A DNA stretch of 58,225 bases from an uncultured Eubacteriales bacterium (lineage in GTDB: Bacteria; Acidobacteriota; Aminicenantia; Aminicenantales; UBA8522). Positions within the stretch are counted from its first letter, which is position 1. The number at the start of each line of letters is the position of its first letter. This document shows positions 17,904 through 27,750 of this stretch, in pieces. Both the position numbers and the translations under genes were made by a program. The DNA is taken from positions 1 through 58,225 of the forward strand of contig CAZLFV010000006.1 of assembly GCA_964558915.1 (NCBI GenBank), given 5' to 3'. The notes below the pieces were generated by a model, which made no database searches, was not told the origin of the DNA, and saw only the letters and a list, made by a program, of their open reading frames with translations.

Positions 17904-18929
17904 ATGAAGATCAACGTGTGGAATACTATTTTGCAGCTCAGCAAAGAGCGAGGCGTCGAGCCTGCGATCATTATCAATGCCATCGAAGAATCCCTCCGAG
18001 TCGCCTCGTTGAAATATTTCAGCCACAACGAGAAGATCAATGTCTCTTTCCGTCCAGAAAAGGGCGAGCTCAGGGTTTTTGCCGTCAAGAAAGTCGTGGA
18101 GAAGCCTCAGGACCCCGCCACAGAAATTTCCCTGGACGAGGCAAGAAGACTTCACCCGGCAATCACCCTGGGCGGAAGCGTTGAGATTGACTTGCCTGCA
18201 GAAACTCTGGGACGCATCTCCGCCCAGGCGGCCAAGCACGTCATTTTCCAGAAGGTCAGGGACGCCGAGCAGGAAAAAATCTATTTCCAGTTTGCTCCCC
18301 GGATCGGCGAGATCGTTACTGGCACCGTCCGCAGAATCGAAGACGGCAATATCATCCTTGAAGTGAACAAAACCGAGGCCCTTTTTCCGGCCCGAGAAAA
18401 GCTCCCCAACGAAGATTTCAGCCGGGGGGATACAGTCAAAGCTTTGATCACTCAAGTCCAAAAAACCACTAAGGGTCCCCAAGTCTTTGTCTCCAGGTCC
18501 CACCCCAAGTTCCTGGCCAAGTTGCTGGAGCTCGAGATCCCCGAGATCGCCAACGGCAATATCGAGATTAAGGACCTCGTCCGCCAGGCCGGAGAGAGAG
18601 CCAAGGTGGCTGTCCGTTCCAAAGAAAAAGATATCGACCCGGTCGGCGCCTGCATTGGCGTGAAGGGGAATCGAATCCTCTCCATCAGCAAGGAGCTACA
18701 GGGAGAGAAAATTGACATCATCGAGTGGTCCCCCAACGCTCCCGTTTATGCCAAGGCCGCCCTCAGCCCTGCCCGCATAGAGAAGGTCCTTCTGTTGAAC
18801 AAACAAGAAAGAATCATGCAGGCGGTCGTCCCGAAAGACCAGCTCTCCCTGGCCATCGGCAAGAAAGGGATCAACGTCAAGCTGGCCTCGTGGCTTGTGG
18901 GCTGGAAAATCGAGATCAAGCAAGAATGA
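17904..18929 (+). CDS. nusA: Transcription termination factor NusA
   Basis: GRISAQAAK, S1 domain, EIPEI, DPVGACIG, LSLAIGKKGINVKLA. Confidence 0.96.
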   Translation: MKINVWNTILQLSKERGVEPAIIINAIEESLRVASLKYFSHNEKINVSFRPEKGELRVFAVKKVVEKPQDPATEISLDEARRLHPAITLGGSVEIDLPAETLGRISAQAAKHVIFQKVRDAEQEKIYFQFAPRIGEIVTGTVRRIEDGNIILEVNKTEALFPAREKLPNEDFSRGDTVKALITQVQKTTKGPQVFVSRSHPKFLAKLLELEIPEIANGNIEIKDLVRQAGERAKVAVRSKEKDIDPVGACIGVKGNRILSISKELQGEKIDIIEWSPNAPVYAKAALSPARIEKVLLLNKQERIMQAVVPKDQLSLAIGKKGINVKLASWLVGWKIEIKQE

Positions 18930-20746
18930 CGATGAAAAAAGAGACGGCAACAAAACCCAAGACGAAGAAAAAGGTCAAGGCCGCTGCAGCAGTTCCAAAA
19001 CCTCGCCTCAAATATGGCCTTTATGAAGGCATGACTCTCGGAGAAGCCGCTAAAAAAATGGCCCTGAAGCCAAAAACTCTCTTGGACAAGCTTGCCGCTA
19101 AAGGGAAACTCCTGGAATTCAACGACCCGGTGGACGAAGGCATTGCCGCCATGATTGGCCAGGTCGTCGATGCCGACATCGAGTACCTCAGCTACGAAAA
19201 AGAGATCCGCCGTCGGGCCGAGGCAGCGGCAAAGGACCTGCTGGCCCGGCCTCCTGTGGTCACAATCATGGGCCATGTCGACCATGGCAAAACGACGATG
19301 CTGGATGCCATCCGGTCGTCGCATCTTGTCGACAAGGAATCCGGCGGGATCACTCAGCACATCGGCGCCTACCGCGTCTTTTTCAACAACAGGGCTATCA
19401 CCTTTATCGATACTCCCGGTCACGAGGCCTTCACTCAGCTGCGAGCAAGAGGCGCCAAGATTACGGATATTGTCGTCCTCGTGGTTGCGGCTGACGACGG
19501 CGTGATGCCTCAGACCCGGGAAGCGATCAGTCATGCCAAAGCTGCTGGTGTGCCGATCATCGTGGCCATCAACAAGATCGACAAACCCGAAGCGAACCGC
19601 GACCGCGTCAAACAGCAACTCTCCAAGGAGGGAATTCTGGTCGAGGACTGGGGTGGAGACACCATCAGCGTGGAAGTCTCGGCCAAAGAAAAAACCAACC
19701 TGCAAGAACTCCTGGAGATGATCCTGCTCCTGGCTGACGTCATCGAGGTCAAGGGCAATCCCAACGTCGCGGCCCAGGGTGTGGTTCTCGAAGCGCAGTT
19801 GGACCCCAAAAGGGGGCCCGTCGGAACAGTGATTATCCAACATGGAGTGATTGCTCCGGGAACGGCCTTCATCTGCGGAATGACCTATGGAAAAGTCAAG
19901 GCTCTTTTTGATGAACACGGCCGACCCATGAAGAAAGCCGAAGCGTCCATGCCCGCGGCGGTGCTCGGATTTTCCGATGTGCCCACAGCAGGAGATCAAT
20001 TCCAGGTTGTCCCGGACATTGAGACCGCCAAGCGAATAGTCACCAACCGCCTGTCCAAAGTTAAAAAAGAGGAGCCGCCGAGGCCGGAGCACATTACTCT
20101 AGATGAGCTGTTCAAGAAGATTGAACAGGGGCAAGCTAAGGAGCTTCCGCTCATCATCAGGGCTGACGTCCAGGGTTCGGTGGAAGTCCTTCGCGATATC
20201 CTCCCGCCCCTGAGCTCGGAGAAAATAAAGATCAAAATCATTCATGCGGCCACGGGGAACATCACGGAGTCGGACGTAATCTTGGCCTCGGCCTCGAACG
20301 CCATCATCATCGGCTATAACATCCGGCCCAGCCAGAAAATTCTCGAGCTGGCCAAAAAAGAGAACGTTGAGATCAGGAACTACAACGTGATCTATCAGCT
20401 CACCGAGGATATCCGCAATGCCCTGGTCGGCCTGCTTGAGCCCGTCGAAAAAGAGGTCTATCTGGGCCGGGCGGAGATCAGGAAAATCTTTCAGATTCCC
20501 AAGGTCGGGGCCGTGGCCGGTTGCTATGTCGTTGACGGGAAGATCACCCGCAGCGCTCAAGTCAGAGTGACTCGCGGCCGAGAGGTCGTCCATGAAGGTC
20601 GCATTTCTTCCCTCAGGCGGATTAAAGAAAATGTCACGGAAGTGAGGAAAGACATGGAATGTGGCATTTCCCTGGAAGGGTTCAAGGATATTCAAGAAGG
20701 GGACCTTATCGTCGCCTTCGTTATAGAAAAATCAAAACCGGTTTAG
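18926..20746 (+). CDS. infB: Translation initiation factor IF-2 (short N-terminus)
   Basis: RPPVVTIMGHVDHGKT, GGITQHIGAY, DTPGHEAF, NKID. The true start is probably ATG 18926, in an ATGA overlap with the nusA stop. Confidence 0.96.
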   Translation: MTMKKETATKPKTKKKVKAAAAVPKPRLKYGLYEGMTLGEAAKKMALKPKTLLDKLAAKGKLLEFNDPVDEGIAAMIGQVVDADIEYLSYEKEIRRRAEAAAKDLLARPPVVTIMGHVDHGKTTMLDAIRSSHLVDKESGGITQHIGAYRVFFNNRAITFIDTPGHEAFTQLRARGAKITDIVVLVVAADDGVMPQTREAISHAKAAGVPIIVAINKIDKPEANRDRVKQQLSKEGILVEDWGGDTISVEVSAKEKTNLQELLEMILLLADVIEVKGNPNVAAQGVVLEAQLDPKRGPVGTVIIQHGVIAPGTAFICGMTYGKVKALFDEHGRPMKKAEASMPAAVLGFSDVPTAGDQFQVVPDIETAKRIVTNRLSKVKKEEPPRPEHITLDELFKKIEQGQAKELPLIIRADVQGSVEVLRDILPPLSSEKIKIKIIHAATGNITESDVILASASNAIIIGYNIRPSQKILELAKKENVEIRNYNVIYQLTEDIRNALVGLLEPVEKEVYLGRAEIRKIFQIPKVGAVAGCYVVDGKITRSAQVRVTRGREVVHEGRISSLRRIKENVTEVRKDMECGISLEGFKDIQEGDLIVAFVIEKSKPV

Positions 20747-20761
20747 CCAGCGGTCAGGATC

Positions 20762-21043
20762 ATGGTCATTGGGCTCCTTTCCCTCGAGATTTTTCTTCCC
20801 TATTCCCATTCTCTTAAAGAAAAACGAAAAGTCCTCAACACCTTGAGGGACCGGTTCAAGAAAAAATTCAATATCGCCTTTGCCGAGCTCGATTATCAGG
20901 AAAAATGGCAAAGGGCAAAAATCGGTATCATCACTCTGAACACCCAGAAATCGTGCGTCGACCGGGTCCTCGAAAAAATTCTCGAAGAAGCCGCTCAAAG
21001 CCTGGACGGGGAAATCCTGCAATCGGAGATCTGCTACTTCTAG
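20762..21043 (+). CDS. DUF503 (YlxP-like) protein
   Basis: SHSLKEKR, FNIAFAE and WQRA motifs; conserved position between infB and rbfA. Confidence 0.88.
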   Translation: MVIGLLSLEIFLPYSHSLKEKRKVLNTLRDRFKKKFNIAFAELDYQEKWQRAKIGIITLNTQKSCVDRVLEKILEEAAQSLDGEILQSEICYF

Positions 21044-21082
21044 CCGGCGGGCTGCGTCAGGGCGCGCTTCCGGGGAAGGACA

Positions 21083-21433
21083 ATGGACTTTAGCCGAAGA
21101 CAAAAACGAGTCAACGCCGTGATCAAAGAATCTCTCAGCCGGGTTCTTGTCCAGGAGATCCAGGATTCTTCCTCGGGAATCATCACTCTCACGCGAGTCG
21201 AGACCAGCCCGGACCTGAAAACGGCGTCGGTTTATTTAAGCTTTTTTGGCCAGGTCGACAGAGAAGCACTCCTAGCCCTGCTCGAAAAAAGAAAAGGCTA
21301 TCTCCGAAAATGCATTGCCTCTGAGGTCAAACTCAAGTATAATCCCGACCTTATTTTTCGTCTGGACCCGACTCCAGAATACGAAACCAAAATTAACCGA
21401 TTGATCGAACAGCTGAAAAAAGATGAAGACTGA
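21083..21433 (+). CDS. rbfA: Ribosome-binding factor A
   Basis: ITLTRVETSPDLKTA, GYLR, PDLIFRLD; operon context. Confidence 0.92.
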   Translation: MDFSRRQKRVNAVIKESLSRVLVQEIQDSSSGIITLTRVETSPDLKTASVYLSFFGQVDREALLALLEKRKGYLRKCIASEVKLKYNPDLIFRLDPTPEYETKINRLIEQLKKDED

Positions 21434-22433
21434 CCCGACCCGACTCATTCAGAAAAAAATTCTGGCCAGCCGGCGCATCGTTGTCACGAGCCATCTCCGG
21501 CCGGACGGTGATTCGATTTGCACGAGCCTTGCTTTGGCCGGGATGGGAAGGCTTCTGGGCAAAGACGTCCGCATCATCAACAACGACCCGACGCCCCTTC
21601 CCTTCAACCAGATGCCGGAGGTGGAAAAGATCGCCATCGGCCAGATCCCGCCGGCCGCGTTTGACCTCGTGATTCTCCTCGAATGCGCCAATGTTTCCCG
21701 TTCCGGGCAGAAAAATCTAGATCGCTATTTCAAGATCAACATCGACCATCACTATTCTAACGACAGCTATGCGGAGATCAACTGGGTCGACCCCGGCGCT
21801 TCGGCTGTCGGGGAGATGGGCTTCATCCTGGCGGAAAAAATGGGCCTGCGCTTGACCCCTCAGATCGCCGACCACTTCTACTGCGCGATTGTCTCAGACA
21901 CAGGCTCTTTTCAATTTTCCAACACGACGGCAAAATCATTCGAGGTCTGCCACAAGCTGGTCGGGTCCGGGGCCAACCCGACCAAAATTGCCGATTTTCT
22001 TTTCAACACCAACCCGCCGGAAAAGATCAAGCTGCTCGGACAAGTTCTCTCTACGCTCATCATGAACAACAAAGGCAATATCGCCTCCATCACTCTGTTC
22101 AAGAAGTTCCTCGAAGATCTTCACCTGAGGGAAATTGACACCGAAGACATCACCACTCTGGCCCGTTCGATCCGCGGTGTAGAAATGGTTCTTTTTTTTA
22201 AAGAGATGGCCAAAGATACCTTCCGGGTGAGTCTCCGCTCTAAAGGGGACGCCAACGCAGCCGCCATCGCCGAATATTTCGGCGGAGGAGGCCACGTCCA
22301 CGCCGCTGGTTTCACGGCCGTCGGCCCGTATGAGCGGTTGATTAAAAATATACCGAATCAGATCGAAAACCTCTTGCAGAAGAAGACCATTCTCGCCCGG
22401 CGAGGAAAAAACCGGCCCGCCAAGACCTATTGA
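21423..22433 (+). CDS. nrnA: DHH/DHHA1 bifunctional oligoribonuclease/PAP phosphatase
   Basis: HLRPDGD, NIDHH, SDTGSF, VSLRS, GGGGHVHAAG. Confidence 0.92.
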   Translation: MKTDPTRLIQKKILASRRIVVTSHLRPDGDSICTSLALAGMGRLLGKDVRIINNDPTPLPFNQMPEVEKIAIGQIPPAAFDLVILLECANVSRSGQKNLDRYFKINIDHHYSNDSYAEINWVDPGASAVGEMGFILAEKMGLRLTPQIADHFYCAIVSDTGSFQFSNTTAKSFEVCHKLVGSGANPTKIADFLFNTNPPEKIKLLGQVLSTLIMNNKGNIASITLFKKFLEDLHLREIDTEDITTLARSIRGVEMVLFFKEMAKDTFRVSLRSKGDANAAAIAEYFGGGGHVHAAGFTAVGPYERLIKNIPNQIENLLQKKTILARRGKNRPAKTY

Positions 22434-23353
22434 TGGACGGCCTGATTCTCCTCGACAAGCCCGGGGGCGTGACCTCCCACGATATCGTTTTAAGAATCAG
22501 AAAAATTCTGGGTCTCAAGAAGGTGGGCCACTTTGGGACGCTGGACCCTCTGGCCACAGGGCTTCTCCTCTTGGCTGTCGGCCAAGCCACCAAGCTTTTC
22601 CCGCTGTTTTCAAAAAAAGACAAGATCTACCGTGGCAAGATCAGGCTCGGTTTTTCCACAGACACTTATGACGCCTTGGGAAAGCCCCTGTCCGAAGACC
22701 ACGCAGAATATCCTGACCGGCAGACTCTGGCCGAAGCAATGAACACGTTTGTCGGCGAAATAAAGCAGGTTCCTCCCCCCTATTCCGCCAAGAAACTCGA
22801 CGGTCAACCTCTCTACAAATGGGCACGCGCGAAAAGGATGCTTCAGCTTGAGCCCAGCTCTGTCGCGGTGTATTCCTTTGACCTCATCGCCTACGTCCCG
22901 CCATTTCTCAATTTCGAATCACGCTGCAGCGCCGGAACATATGTCCGCTCTCTGGCCCATGATCTCGGGCAACATTTGGGCTGCGGCGGCCATCTGGTCG
23001 AACTCCGCCGCTTAGCCGTGGGCAGATACGACATCTCCGCAGCCTTAACTCTCGAGCAGGTGGAACGGCTCGCCGCAGAGGGTGAGATCGAGGGTTTTAT
23101 CCTACCCTTGGAGACGATGCTCCCAGAATTCCCCAGGGTCATCCTCAAAGAGTCGGGCGTCCGGGAACTTCAAAAAGGAAAAGTCCTGCCGGCCGAGCAC
23201 ATCCTCACAGTGCTCAGGCCGCGGCCGGGCCTTGGGCCTGCCACCACAGAGGAGGAGGCTTATCAGCTGTTCAGCCCGGAGGGCAAGTTCCTCGCCCTGG
23301 CCAAGAAGGGCGAGAGAAAGAATGGGCTTCTCCCCTTCCTGCGTTTATCCTAG
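22433..23353 (+). CDS. truB: tRNA pseudouridine(55) synthase
   Basis: DKPGGVTSHD, GHFGTLDPLATG, QVPPPYSA, CSAGTYVRSL. Confidence 0.96.
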   Translation: MDGLILLDKPGGVTSHDIVLRIRKILGLKKVGHFGTLDPLATGLLLLAVGQATKLFPLFSKKDKIYRGKIRLGFSTDTYDALGKPLSEDHAEYPDRQTLAEAMNTFVGEIKQVPPPYSAKKLDGQPLYKWARAKRMLQLEPSSVAVYSFDLIAYVPPFLNFESRCSAGTYVRSLAHDLGQHLGCGGHLVELRRLAVGRYDISAALTLEQVERLAAEGEIEGFILPLETMLPEFPRVILKESGVRELQKGKVLPAEHILTVLRPRPGLGPATTEEEAYQLFSPEGKFLALAKKGERKNGLLPFLRLS

Positions 23354-23407
23354 AAGCATCGTTACCCCGAACGAATTCTTGAATTTTTGCAAGAGGTGGT
23401 GTATTTT

Positions 23408-23695
23408 ATGAAAGTTATGAGATTGAACAAGAACCAGATCGAGCACATGGCCTTCGTTATCGTCAGGAATCTCACCAAAGAAGGCAAGGTGATCCTCGAG
23501 GACAAGAACAAAATCATCGACCAAATTACCAATCTCATCACCGAAGAATTCCAAAAAGAGGACCAGCTCGACCAGGAAGTCAGAGAAATCCTGAGTAAAC
23601 ATATGGAAAAGATCAGAAAAGAGAATATTGAATACCAGACGATGTTCCGGATGATCAAGACCAAATTGGCCAAAGAAAGGAATATTGTGCTGTGA
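23408..23695 (+). CDS. DUF507 family protein
   Basis: MRLNK ... EDQLDQEVREIL ... MFRMIKTKLAKER pattern; GAGGTG RBS. Confidence 0.8.
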   Translation: MKVMRLNKNQIEHMAFVIVRNLTKEGKVILEDKNKIIDQITNLITEEFQKEDQLDQEVREILSKHMEKIRKENIEYQTMFRMIKTKLAKERNIVL

Positions 23696-23982
23696 GCAAC
23701 CGGATCTCCCGGGAAAAAACCAATTTTCTCTCCCGCCAGATCCTCAACGCCTTGAACAAGAACGACCAGGTCGAATTCCTGGATGACCCCAATGAGATCC
23801 GGCTGAGCATCGTCAAGGCCATCGAGGAAGAAATGAAACTCTACGAGAGTCTCGACAAGAAAGCTGTGGAAAAAATCCAGTCGCAGAAAAAGTCGATCGA
23901 AGAAGGAAGCCGGGAATGGGAGATTCTTTACCGCAAGTATTATAACGAGGAGCTAAACAAACTGGGCAAGCTAACAGAGTGA
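23692..23982 (+). CDS. DUF507 family protein (second paralog)
   Basis: RISREK ... IEEGSREWEILYRKYYNEE; GTG start overlaps the upstream stop. Confidence 0.82.
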   Translation: MSNRISREKTNFLSRQILNALNKNDQVEFLDDPNEIRLSIVKAIEEEMKLYESLDKKAVEKIQSQKKSIEEGSREWEILYRKYYNEELNKLGKLTE

Positions 23983-24002
23983 GTCGCCTCTCCTGGTGTC
24001 CT

Positions 24003-24449
24003 ATGAACCCTGCCATCGAGATTGAGGAGCGGGTCCGCTATTCGGAAACAGACCAGATGGGAGTTGCCCACAATAAGAGCTATTTTGAATGGTTCGAGAT
24101 CGGCCGGACCGAGTTTTGCCGTCAGAGAGGCGTTTCCTATAAGGAAATCGAAGCGCAGGGGGCCTATCTTGCGGTGGTTGAGGCGTTCTGCAAGTACAGA
24201 AGACCGCTCCGCTATGACGAAGTTTTCACCATTCGGGTGTCCCTCCGCGAAATCACGCCCAAAAAAACGGTCTTCGATTACGAACTCCTAACCAGGGAAG
24301 GACGGAATCTCATCGCCTCCGGCTATACGGTCCATATCGTGACCAACACAAAAGGAGAGGTCTCAACGATGCCCGAGCAAGTCCTGAAGAAAATCGGCGG
24401 AGAAAAGGTCCGACGAGAGCGGGTCAGGTCAGATAACCCTTCTTCCTGA
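24003..24449 (+). CDS. Acyl-CoA thioesterase (YbgC/FadM hot-dog fold)
   Basis: RVRYSETDQMGVAHN, YFEWFEIGRTE, YRRPLRYD. Confidence 0.9.
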   Translation: MNPAIEIEERVRYSETDQMGVAHNKSYFEWFEIGRTEFCRQRGVSYKEIEAQGAYLAVVEAFCKYRRPLRYDEVFTIRVSLREITPKKTVFDYELLTREGRNLIASGYTVHIVTNTKGEVSTMPEQVLKKIGGEKVRRERVRSDNPSS

Positions 24450-25284
24450 GGTAGGAACTCAAAGCCTCCGGCCAAGGCCGGAATGGACTTAATCCGATTT
24501 CCTTGGCCCGTTTGTTCTCCAGGACCGAATAGAGGGGCCGTGTGGCCCGGGCGCCGAATGTCCGCGAATCCACACCTTCTAGACGCGGCTGCCTTCCAAG
24601 AAGGGAAAAAATCTCCCGCGCAAATTGATACCAGGTGCATTCGCCTTCGTTGGTCAGGTGATAGAGGCCAAAGTGCCTTGTGCGGATAAGCTGGCTGATT
24701 TTTTCGGCCAGCTCCGCTGACGCTGTTGGCGTAACCCACTGGTCATTGACGACCCGCAGTGGCTTTCCTTCACTGTCTATTGAAATGACGCGGTCGACAA
24801 AGTTAAACCCTCTTTCTGGAGACTTCGCTTCCCCATAAAGACCGCAGGTGCGGACCAGGAAGTATTTCTCGGCAAGCGCCCGAATAAAAAATTCGCCGGC
24901 CAGTTTGGAAACGGCGTAGACGTTCAAGGGATGGGGCGGGTCTTCCTCAACATACGGGCTCCTTTTCCGGCCGTCAAAAACATAGTCGGTGCTGAAATGG
25001 ACGAGTACAGCACCCAGCTCTCGGACTGTGAAGGCTAAATCTCTCACAGCAATCGCATTCACAAGGAAAGACTCCCGGGGATTGTCCTCGCAATCGTCGA
25101 CCCGATGATACGCCGCGGTGCTGATAACGATGTCAGGCCGGAGATGGCGAAGGACATCCCTCGCCTTCCGGACCTGGGTGATATCAAAGCCAGGATAATA
25201 GAGGGGCAAAACCTCATCGTCGCGGAGGGTTCTCACCAAATCAGACCCGAGCTGTCCGTCGGCGCCGATGATCACAATTCTCAT
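24424..25284 (-). CDS. rfbD: dTDP-4-dehydrorhamnose reductase
   Basis: GADGQLG, HFSTDYVFDG, YAVSK, VVNDQ, RPLYSVL. Confidence 0.92.
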   Translation of the reverse strand: MRIVIIGADGQLGSDLVRTLRDDEVLPLYYPGFDITQVRKARDVLRHLRPDIVISTAAYHRVDDCEDNPRESFLVNAIAVRDLAFTVRELGAVLVHFSTDYVFDGRKRSPYVEEDPPHPLNVYAVSKLAGEFFIRALAEKYFLVRTCGLYGEAKSPERGFNFVDRVISIDSEGKPLRVVNDQWVTPTASAELAEKISQLIRTRHFGLYHLTNEGECTWYQFAREIFSLLGRQPRLEGVDSRTFGARATRPLYSVLENKRAKEIGLSPFRPWPEALSSYLRKKGYLT

Positions 25285-25296
25285 TGAACCTGCCGC

Positions 25297-25329
25297 AAAA
25301 AAAGGCCAAGGAAAAAATCCTTGGCCTTT
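25297..25329 (-). terminator. Intrinsic terminator after the PKD-domain gene
   Basis: Perfect 12-bp stem AAAGGCCAAGGA/TCCTTGGCCTTT ending in a T7 run on the minus strand, ~30 bp past the stop. Confidence 0.8.
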
Positions 25330-25357
25330 GCCTCTGTCTAAGAATAGTCCGTCCGAC

Positions 25358-26812
25358 TTAGAACAGGAAGCGGAACCCGAGCCCGTACTTGTGATTATCC
25401 GAGTAAGACCGGCCTGAGCCGACCGGCCACCTGACCTGGAAGATCAGCCCGCCCATATGATCTGGATTCTTGAAAAGGTCGATCCCGACCTTGCCAATGA
25501 TTTCAAAATCAGCGCTCCGGCCCTCCTTAACTGACGTGGTGAACCCGACCCCGCCGCCCAAGTAGAAGGACTGGATATGATAATTAATCGTTGCGTCAGC
25601 CAAGAAAATAGATTTCCAGGGATCGCCCTTGAGAGCAACGGCGCCTCCGCCGGCAACGGTGAAATCCCACTTGTCGGGCTTCAGCCAATGGAACCAATCC
25701 AGCGCGGCATACAAGTATGGCCCATGGCTGCCGCGAGCGAAGAACGGACCGCCTTCAACAGAAAAGTAGTCGAGCTTTTGAGTCACATCCAGGACAACCC
25801 GGCAAGGCTCGGAAACAGCTCCGAAATCATCGGTTACGACAACCGTTATGGCATAGGAGCCAGGTTTCTTGAAGATATAGTCCCAGGTGAGCGGAACCTC
25901 GCTGTCCATGAACTTGTCGACGGGATTGCCGGCTGCGTCGGTGATATCGAAATCCGCCTTGGTTACCTTGCCGTCAGGATCGGTTGAACCGGTTGCATCT
26001 ATGCTCACAGGCTTGCCCACGAAATTCTTGCAGGGCAGGCAGGAGGTCTTCAGTTGGCAGGTGGGAGGGGCATTGACATAGACCTTGGCTTCACAAGGGT
26101 TTGTCGAGGCCTTGCCATCCTCGTTGAAGGCTTGGGCTTTGAAGGTGTAGATTCCCGGCCGGTCAAAGGTCGTCTGCCATTTGGGAGATTCAGGCACAAA
26201 AGCGTGAGCCGCCACCTTGGCCCCGTCGGATCCCATAACCGCCACTTCCATCGATTTGGCATTTTGGCTTCCGCTCAAATCCACTGTCACCGGATCCTTG
26301 AGGTTTACCTTTTCAGGAGTCACGCTGATGGCGCAAATAGCTTCGGGTTTCGGCAATTCTGTGATGCTTCGGAGAGCGATGTTTCCGCACGGCCGCGGCA
26401 TGATAAACTCGTAGTTTTTATAATCCTTTTTCACATTGAAAACAAAGACCTCCAAAGGAGCCTTGCCCGCCCACTCGATGTCGCGGGCGACCTTGACTTT
26501 TCCCTGAGAGCGGAAGAGCATCCACATGAGCTTATCGCCCACGGGCAATGATTTCTCTTCGAAGGTTGCCGCCTTCAGCTGGTCTAAGAACGGAAGATAG
26601 AGGTCCCCGTATCCGGCCTGGTCAAAACCATACTTGATGTCGACGGAATACCTGTCGATGAGCATCTTCATGACATCCTGAGTGGGAATCGTCCCTTTGA
26701 CCCGCGCAAACGTATACTTTCCTATGGTCTTGAGCTGGGTAGCCGCAAAGGTGTTCAGGGAAAAAACAACCAGAATCAAAATGACAAAAACGGCAAACTT
26801 TTTATTTTTCAT
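25358..26812 (-). CDS. Exported protein: unknown N-domain, two PKD/Ig-like modules and a C-terminal beta-barrel
   Basis: Signal peptide; VDLSGS ... FDRPGIYTF and IDATGSTDPDG ... PGSYAITVVVTDDFG; C-terminal amphipathic strands ending YGLGFRFLF. Confidence 0.82.
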   Translation of the reverse strand: MKNKKFAVFVILILVVFSLNTFAATQLKTIGKYTFARVKGTIPTQDVMKMLIDRYSVDIKYGFDQAGYGDLYLPFLDQLKAATFEEKSLPVGDKLMWMLFRSQGKVKVARDIEWAGKAPLEVFVFNVKKDYKNYEFIMPRPCGNIALRSITELPKPEAICAISVTPEKVNLKDPVTVDLSGSQNAKSMEVAVMGSDGAKVAAHAFVPESPKWQTTFDRPGIYTFKAQAFNEDGKASTNPCEAKVYVNAPPTCQLKTSCLPCKNFVGKPVSIDATGSTDPDGKVTKADFDITDAAGNPVDKFMDSEVPLTWDYIFKKPGSYAITVVVTDDFGAVSEPCRVVLDVTQKLDYFSVEGGPFFARGSHGPYLYAALDWFHWLKPDKWDFTVAGGGAVALKGDPWKSIFLADATINYHIQSFYLGGGVGFTTSVKEGRSADFEIIGKVGIDLFKNPDHMGGLIFQVRWPVGSGRSYSDNHKYGLGFRFLF

Positions 26813-26923
26813 GGGCGCCTCCTTTTGAGTTTCTTTATGTTAGATAATAAAAAAGAACGCTTTTGTCAAGAAAAAAAACTTCGCCCTCGCCCCTATTTTT
26901 TTTCTTGGAGACTGGCCTGAATT

Positions 26924-27625
26924 TCAAGCCCTGCTCCAGGAGGATAGGAAATGTCGGACAATCCTGAGAATGAGCCCCGAATCCCGGGGCCGCGTGGTCA
27001 GGGCCGCCTCATACAGGGACGAAGTCTCGAGTCCGAGACGGATCAGGTTTTTAAGAAGGTCTCTGGCTGCAGATGGGTTGATCTCCGGATGGGGTTGAAT
27101 TCCCCAGGCCGGCCGAGTCTTGAGCGCGAAGGCCTGCACGCGGCAGGCGGGAGTCGAAGCCAGCACAACAAACTCATCATCCAGGTTAATAACCTCATCG
27201 AAATGGAGAGCAAAAGTGTAGGCTTCGCCCCGCTGGCCCAGAAGGTCGTTGCTTTTCTCAATCGTGAGCGGCATCCAGCCCACCTCAGGCCAGGGACAAC
27301 GACGGACATGGCCCGGGCCGCGCAGGGCTAAGGCCAGAAGCTGGTGGCCATAGCAACTTCCCAAAATAGGGATTCTGCGATCGAGAGCTTCCTGGACGAC
27401 CTCCACCTCTTCATAGACCCAGTTTTCTCGTTCCAAAATTGACGCTTCCGAGCCAGTCAGGATAACGTGGGAGTATTGATCGCCCAATTTGGGGAATAAA
27501 CTTTCGGCAGCCCGGAATGCCTCCCAGGGAGCTTTCAGAAATCTCCTCCAATGGCCAATCGGGTTATAAACGGCGGGGTTAATGGAGTTGTCAATAATCG
27601 CGACCCGCGGAGTTTGTCTCGCCAT
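26924..27625 (-). CDS. Class I glutamine amidotransferase-like protein
   Basis: ILTGS, nucleophile elbow GSCYGHQ, QPHPE. Start uncertain; ATG 27625 chosen. Confidence 0.87.
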   Translation of the reverse strand: MARQTPRVAIIDNSINPAVYNPIGHWRRFLKAPWEAFRAAESLFPKLGDQYSHVILTGSEASILERENWVYEEVEVVQEALDRRIPILGSCYGHQLLALALRGPGHVRRCPWPEVGWMPLTIEKSNDLLGQRGEAYTFALHFDEVINLDDEFVVLASTPACRVQAFALKTRPAWGIQPHPEINPSAARDLLKNLIRLGLETSSLYEAALTTRPRDSGLILRIVRHFLSSWSRA

Positions 27626-27715
27626 TTCTCTCACACGGCGGGGATGCCTCATTATACCTGCTCCCTCAAAAAAACAAAAAACCATTTCTATTTTTTGTTT
27701 TTTGTCTATGGATTC

Positions 27716-27724
27716 TGGTATAAT
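27716..27724 (+). promoter_or_regulatory. Extended -10 promoter for the ACT-domain gene
   Basis: TGGTATAAT ~25 bp before the GAGGAGG-GTG start. Confidence 0.5.
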
Positions 27725-27750
27725 GCCTTCTCCAACGAGGAGGTCGAGCC

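Noticed and set aside
18725-18925. N-terminal extension of infB given by the ORF track (likewise for ltaE, rodA, acnB, PHP, thioredoxin and the 9159 ORF)
   Set aside because: The extensions overlap upstream genes or promoters, and downstream ATGs match family N-termini and in most cases an RBS or translational coupling.
26867-26907. CAAGAAAAAAA/TTTTTTTCTTG inverted repeat
   Set aside because: Low-complexity A/T tracts next to a -35 box. It could be an UP element or weak terminator but is not distinctive.
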